Shown here in pieces: positions 61,576 through 64,000 of a stretch of DNA of 64,000 nt. Positions within the stretch are counted from its first letter, which is position 1. Each line of letters opens with the position of its first letter. A program made the position numbers and the translations under genes. Origin of the DNA: Paramoeba atlantica (Eukaryota; Protista; Discosea); NCBI GenBank assembly GCA_977017575.1, contig CDRNVI010000004.1, positions 62,001 to 126,000 on the forward strand, read 5' to 3'. The notes under the pieces are model-generated. The model saw only the letters and a program-made list of their open reading frames with translations. It made no database searches and was not told where the DNA came from.

Positions 61576-63198
61576 CTAGAAAATAGAACAACGTGCTCCC
61601 TCATCCTCAATGCTCTCATCTTCAGTCCCCGATTCCCTTCCCACATTGTTGTCTCGTATATTTTGTTCTTTGGGTACTTTTGTTTTATTCCTAGGATTTT
61701 TATGGGGTTTCGGACCGTGTGTCACGTTCTTCTTACTGTCGTTTTTGGTGCTTTCGGAATGAATATTCGATGTATTGGGCCTTCCATTCCTTGCTCCTTG
61801 CGAATGACTCTGTGAAGAATTGCTCGATTCAGAAGTTAACGTTAGTTTGTGAAGAGATGTGGTACGGTGCGTCATATCATCAGCCATCCCAGAACTGCAA
61901 TTCGTAGTCTTGTCGTTCTCCATGGCTCGCATCGTGACCTTGTGTTTGGAAGATTGTAGGTGCGTTTGATAAGAATTCATCGACTTAAAAAACTTTTTAC
62001 AAGGTCTACAATCAAAAGAACTAGTTGTGGTGTCCTCTTGGGTTACCACCGATTTCGCCTCGGAGACCAGTTCAGTCTCATTTGCTGCGTTTATCTCCTT
62101 GTTTTCACAGACACTATCATTCTCTCCATTTGCAACATCTCCCTCTTCCGGTTCTACCCCTTCCTTCTCTTCTCCCTTTTCACCCTCTGTCGTATTGTGA
62201 CTACTCTGCGTATCATTTTCCTTCCCTTTCCCTCGTCTTCCCCTTCCTTTTCTTCTCCCCTCACTTTGTTGCTCCATTAAAGCTTCATACAACGCCTCAT
62301 GTTCCTGAAATCGCATCTCCTCCTCATGCAACTCCTCGGCCGATTTTGCTTCCAAATCCGCTGCTACACTCTCGGCATGTCTTTGTAACTTTTCTAACCT
62401 CAACACCTCAGCGATGGCTAATTTTTCTTCTCTTTTCTTCTGCTGTTCTTTTTGTGCCTCCCCGACCCGCGGGTCTAATGTCATCACGTATCGCCGTAAC
62501 ATTCGGACGGTTGTGGAATACGACCGCTGGGCTTCCCCTCGGAGTCGCGCATTTTCTCTTGCCATCGCCTTACGCTCTTGTCGGCAGCTGGCCTCAAACT
62601 CTTTATGCTCCTCACAGTGCGCAAACGATAAACGCGTCGTAAAATCTTCCCAGGCGGTGTAAAAAAACAAAGTTTCATGTCCCGGCGTTGTGGTATCCCC
62701 AAACGAGGGTAATACCGTTGAATCCGTACTCGCGTTTGCCGTTTTTCCTCCTCTCCCCCCTTTTCCTCCTCCCCCACCTCCCTCACGCTCTCGTTTCGCA
62801 ATCTCCTCAAACACACGCCGGTAAACCGCATAAAACCCTTTTTCATTGTCGTCCCCAAATCCGGTATAGCAGGCCTCACTGAAATAACGATAGAGCTGAG
62901 CCTCGAGGTCATCATCTTCTCTATTTTTATGGTTCTTCGAATTCGTTTCATCGTAACTCGGGTTTAAGATTTGTTCCTTGTGGTTATCGTACCACGCGCG
63001 CTCCGGGGGGTTCGACAGCACCCCGTAGGCGTGGGCGAGTTCCTTAAACATGGCCTCCGCCTGGGCGACCCGGTGGGGGTTCTTGTCGGGGTGCCACAGC
63101 AGCGCGAGTTGGCGGTACGCGGTTTGGATTTCGGAAGCGGTGGCGGAGGAGGTGACGTTAAGGACGTCGTAGAAACACCGACGACGGGGGCAGGTCAT
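61576..63198 (-). CDS. DNAJC21: J-domain protein DNAJC21/Jjj1-like with C2H2 finger
   Basis: CFYDVL..LALLWHPDKNP, ERAWYDNHKEQI, FYTAWEDFTT, and CRPCKKFFKS..HLQSSKH. Start MTCPRR at 63198. Confidence 0.85.
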   Translation of the reverse strand: MTCPRRRCFYDVLNVTSSATASEIQTAYRQLALLWHPDKNPHRVAQAEAMFKELAHAYGVLSNPPERAWYDNHKEQILNPSYDETNSKNHKNREDDDLEAQLYRYFSEACYTGFGDDNEKGFYAVYRRVFEEIAKREREGGGGGGKGGRGGKTANASTDSTVLPSFGDTTTPGHETLFFYTAWEDFTTRLSFAHCEEHKEFEASCRQERKAMARENARLRGEAQRSYSTTVRMLRRYVMTLDPRVGEAQKEQQKKREEKLAIAEVLRLEKLQRHAESVAADLEAKSAEELHEEEMRFQEHEALYEALMEQQSEGRRKGRGRRGKGKENDTQSSHNTTEGEKGEEKEGVEPEEGDVANGENDSVCENKEINAANETELVSEAKSVVTQEDTTTSSFDCRPCKKFFKSMNSYQTHLQSSKHKVTMRAMENDKTTNCSSGMADDMTHRTTSLHKLTLTSESSNSSQSHSQGARNGRPNTSNIHSESTKNDSKKNVTHGPKPHKNPRNKTKVPKEQNIRDNNVGRESGTEDESIEDEGARCSIF

Positions 63199-63210
63199 GG
63201 GGGAAAGGCT
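62000..63210. other. Skew-flip island (#10); a further C-rich half-island begins about 63320
   Basis: C/T-rich 62080-62900, G-rich about 63050-63210. Confidence 0.75.
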
Positions 63211-63410
63211 GGGTTTTGTAGTCTTTTGTACTCCAAATTTCGTTACAAAAAAACGCATGAAAACAACGCGCGAAATTTTAACAAATCTACGTTTCTTTTT
63301 TTACTATCATTAAACTCATCTACCCCCAATTTACACTTCTACACACACGTACCTATGGGGTTCAGTAAACTACGACTACATCTACAACTCCCCCTTCCCG
63401 ACCCCGTTCC

Positions 63411-64000
63411 TTAATACGGTCCATGCATGCGGAACTTCCCCTGCTTATGCACATCCTGGAAGTCCCACCGCGTCCGTCGTCTCCAATTATGCCGGTCAGG
63501 AAAGATTTCTGGATGCGGTCCGGCATACGTCATGTCATAACTCGGGTGCTTGCCCCGGGCAAACGCCTTGTACTTACGATCAAACGGGGAGGGGAGTTTC
63601 ACGGGGCACATCGGGTCGCTGCGGTCCCTCCACTCCGCGTGGTACCCCTGCTGGTGTTCCCCATACATCCGAGGAGCCCAGTACCCCGGTCCTTTCGCCC
63701 CGGTCCCGACATTTGGGCTCCTCCATTGTCCAAGCTCTCCGTATTCGTTCATAAACCCGGTATCGCGGTCGGGAAACGGCAGCGCGTGCACCACACGATC
63801 CATCACGGGATTCGGTAGCTGTGCGCTCGGGTCCGCTCTCTGCTTCTCCTCACTTTTACTTCGGTACGCGAAGGTCATCAACTCCTGGGTCGTACGCATC
63901 TGTACCCCAATTACCTCATAGTCCTCCTCAATCAGACGACGTGTGGTTTCGGAGACCCGCACATTATACCGGGCGGCCCAGATCAGGGCGCGTTTCGTGT
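63411..64000 (-). CDS. Hypothetical conserved-looking protein (5' end off the window)
   Basis: The frame is open to the window edge (TKRALIWAARYNVRVSE...). Complex W/Y/P-rich sequence; family not identified. Confidence 0.7.
   Translation of the reverse strand, partial: TKRALIWAARYNVRVSETTRRLIEEDYEVIGVQMRTTQELMTFAYRSKSEEKQRADPSAQLPNPVMDRVVHALPFPDRDTGFMNEYGELGQWRSPNVGTGAKGPGYWAPRMYGEHQQGYHAEWRDRSDPMCPVKLPSPFDRKYKAFARGKHPSYDMTYAGPHPEIFPDRHNWRRRTRWDFQDVHKQGKFRMHGPY

Noticed and set aside
2326-63921. Many long plus-strand or alternative-frame ORFs (e.g. 2326..2955, 27823..28422, 32347..33003, 38941..39534, 56723..58222, 62025..62642)
   Set aside because: They are shadows of real minus-strand genes, concentrated in stop-poor GC islands, with low-complexity translations and no motifs.

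Overview
Eukaryotic nuclear DNA from a compact, apparently intron-free protist genome. About 32 host genes all lie on the minus strand across the whole 64 kb. This arrangement, a kinetoplastid-style RPS28, a PSP1-domain gene and a dispersed family of short LRR proteins point to a kinetoplastid polycistronic array, most like Perkinsela/Prokinetoplastina (inference, no database search done). Housekeeping genes: patatin, RRP1/Nop52, syntaxin-16, F-box/JmjC, NOT1, cullin, REEP, RPL37, mitochondrial RNA polymerase, DUF866, CnoX-like thioredoxin, RPL27, Rpp21-like, Kelch, two PABPN1-like RRM genes, Nup85, transportin, ABCB, RPS28, PSP1 and DNAJC21. They are interrupted by AT-rich accessory pockets holding decayed Tc1/mariner and hAT transposons, several MITEs with verifiable TIRs/TSDs, a probable tyrosine-recombinase relic, a CRE/SLACS-type retrotransposon 3' end and five LRR genes. 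The most striking unexplained signal is a series of about ten 0.7-1.3 kb GC-rich islands inside coding sequences. Each is C-rich on its left and G-rich on its right on the + strand, so it is rotationally symmetric and independent of gene direction. The islands reshape synonymous codons and even amino-acid content. Several frameshifts fall in homopolymer runs and are probably assembly errors. All counts and alignments were made by eye.
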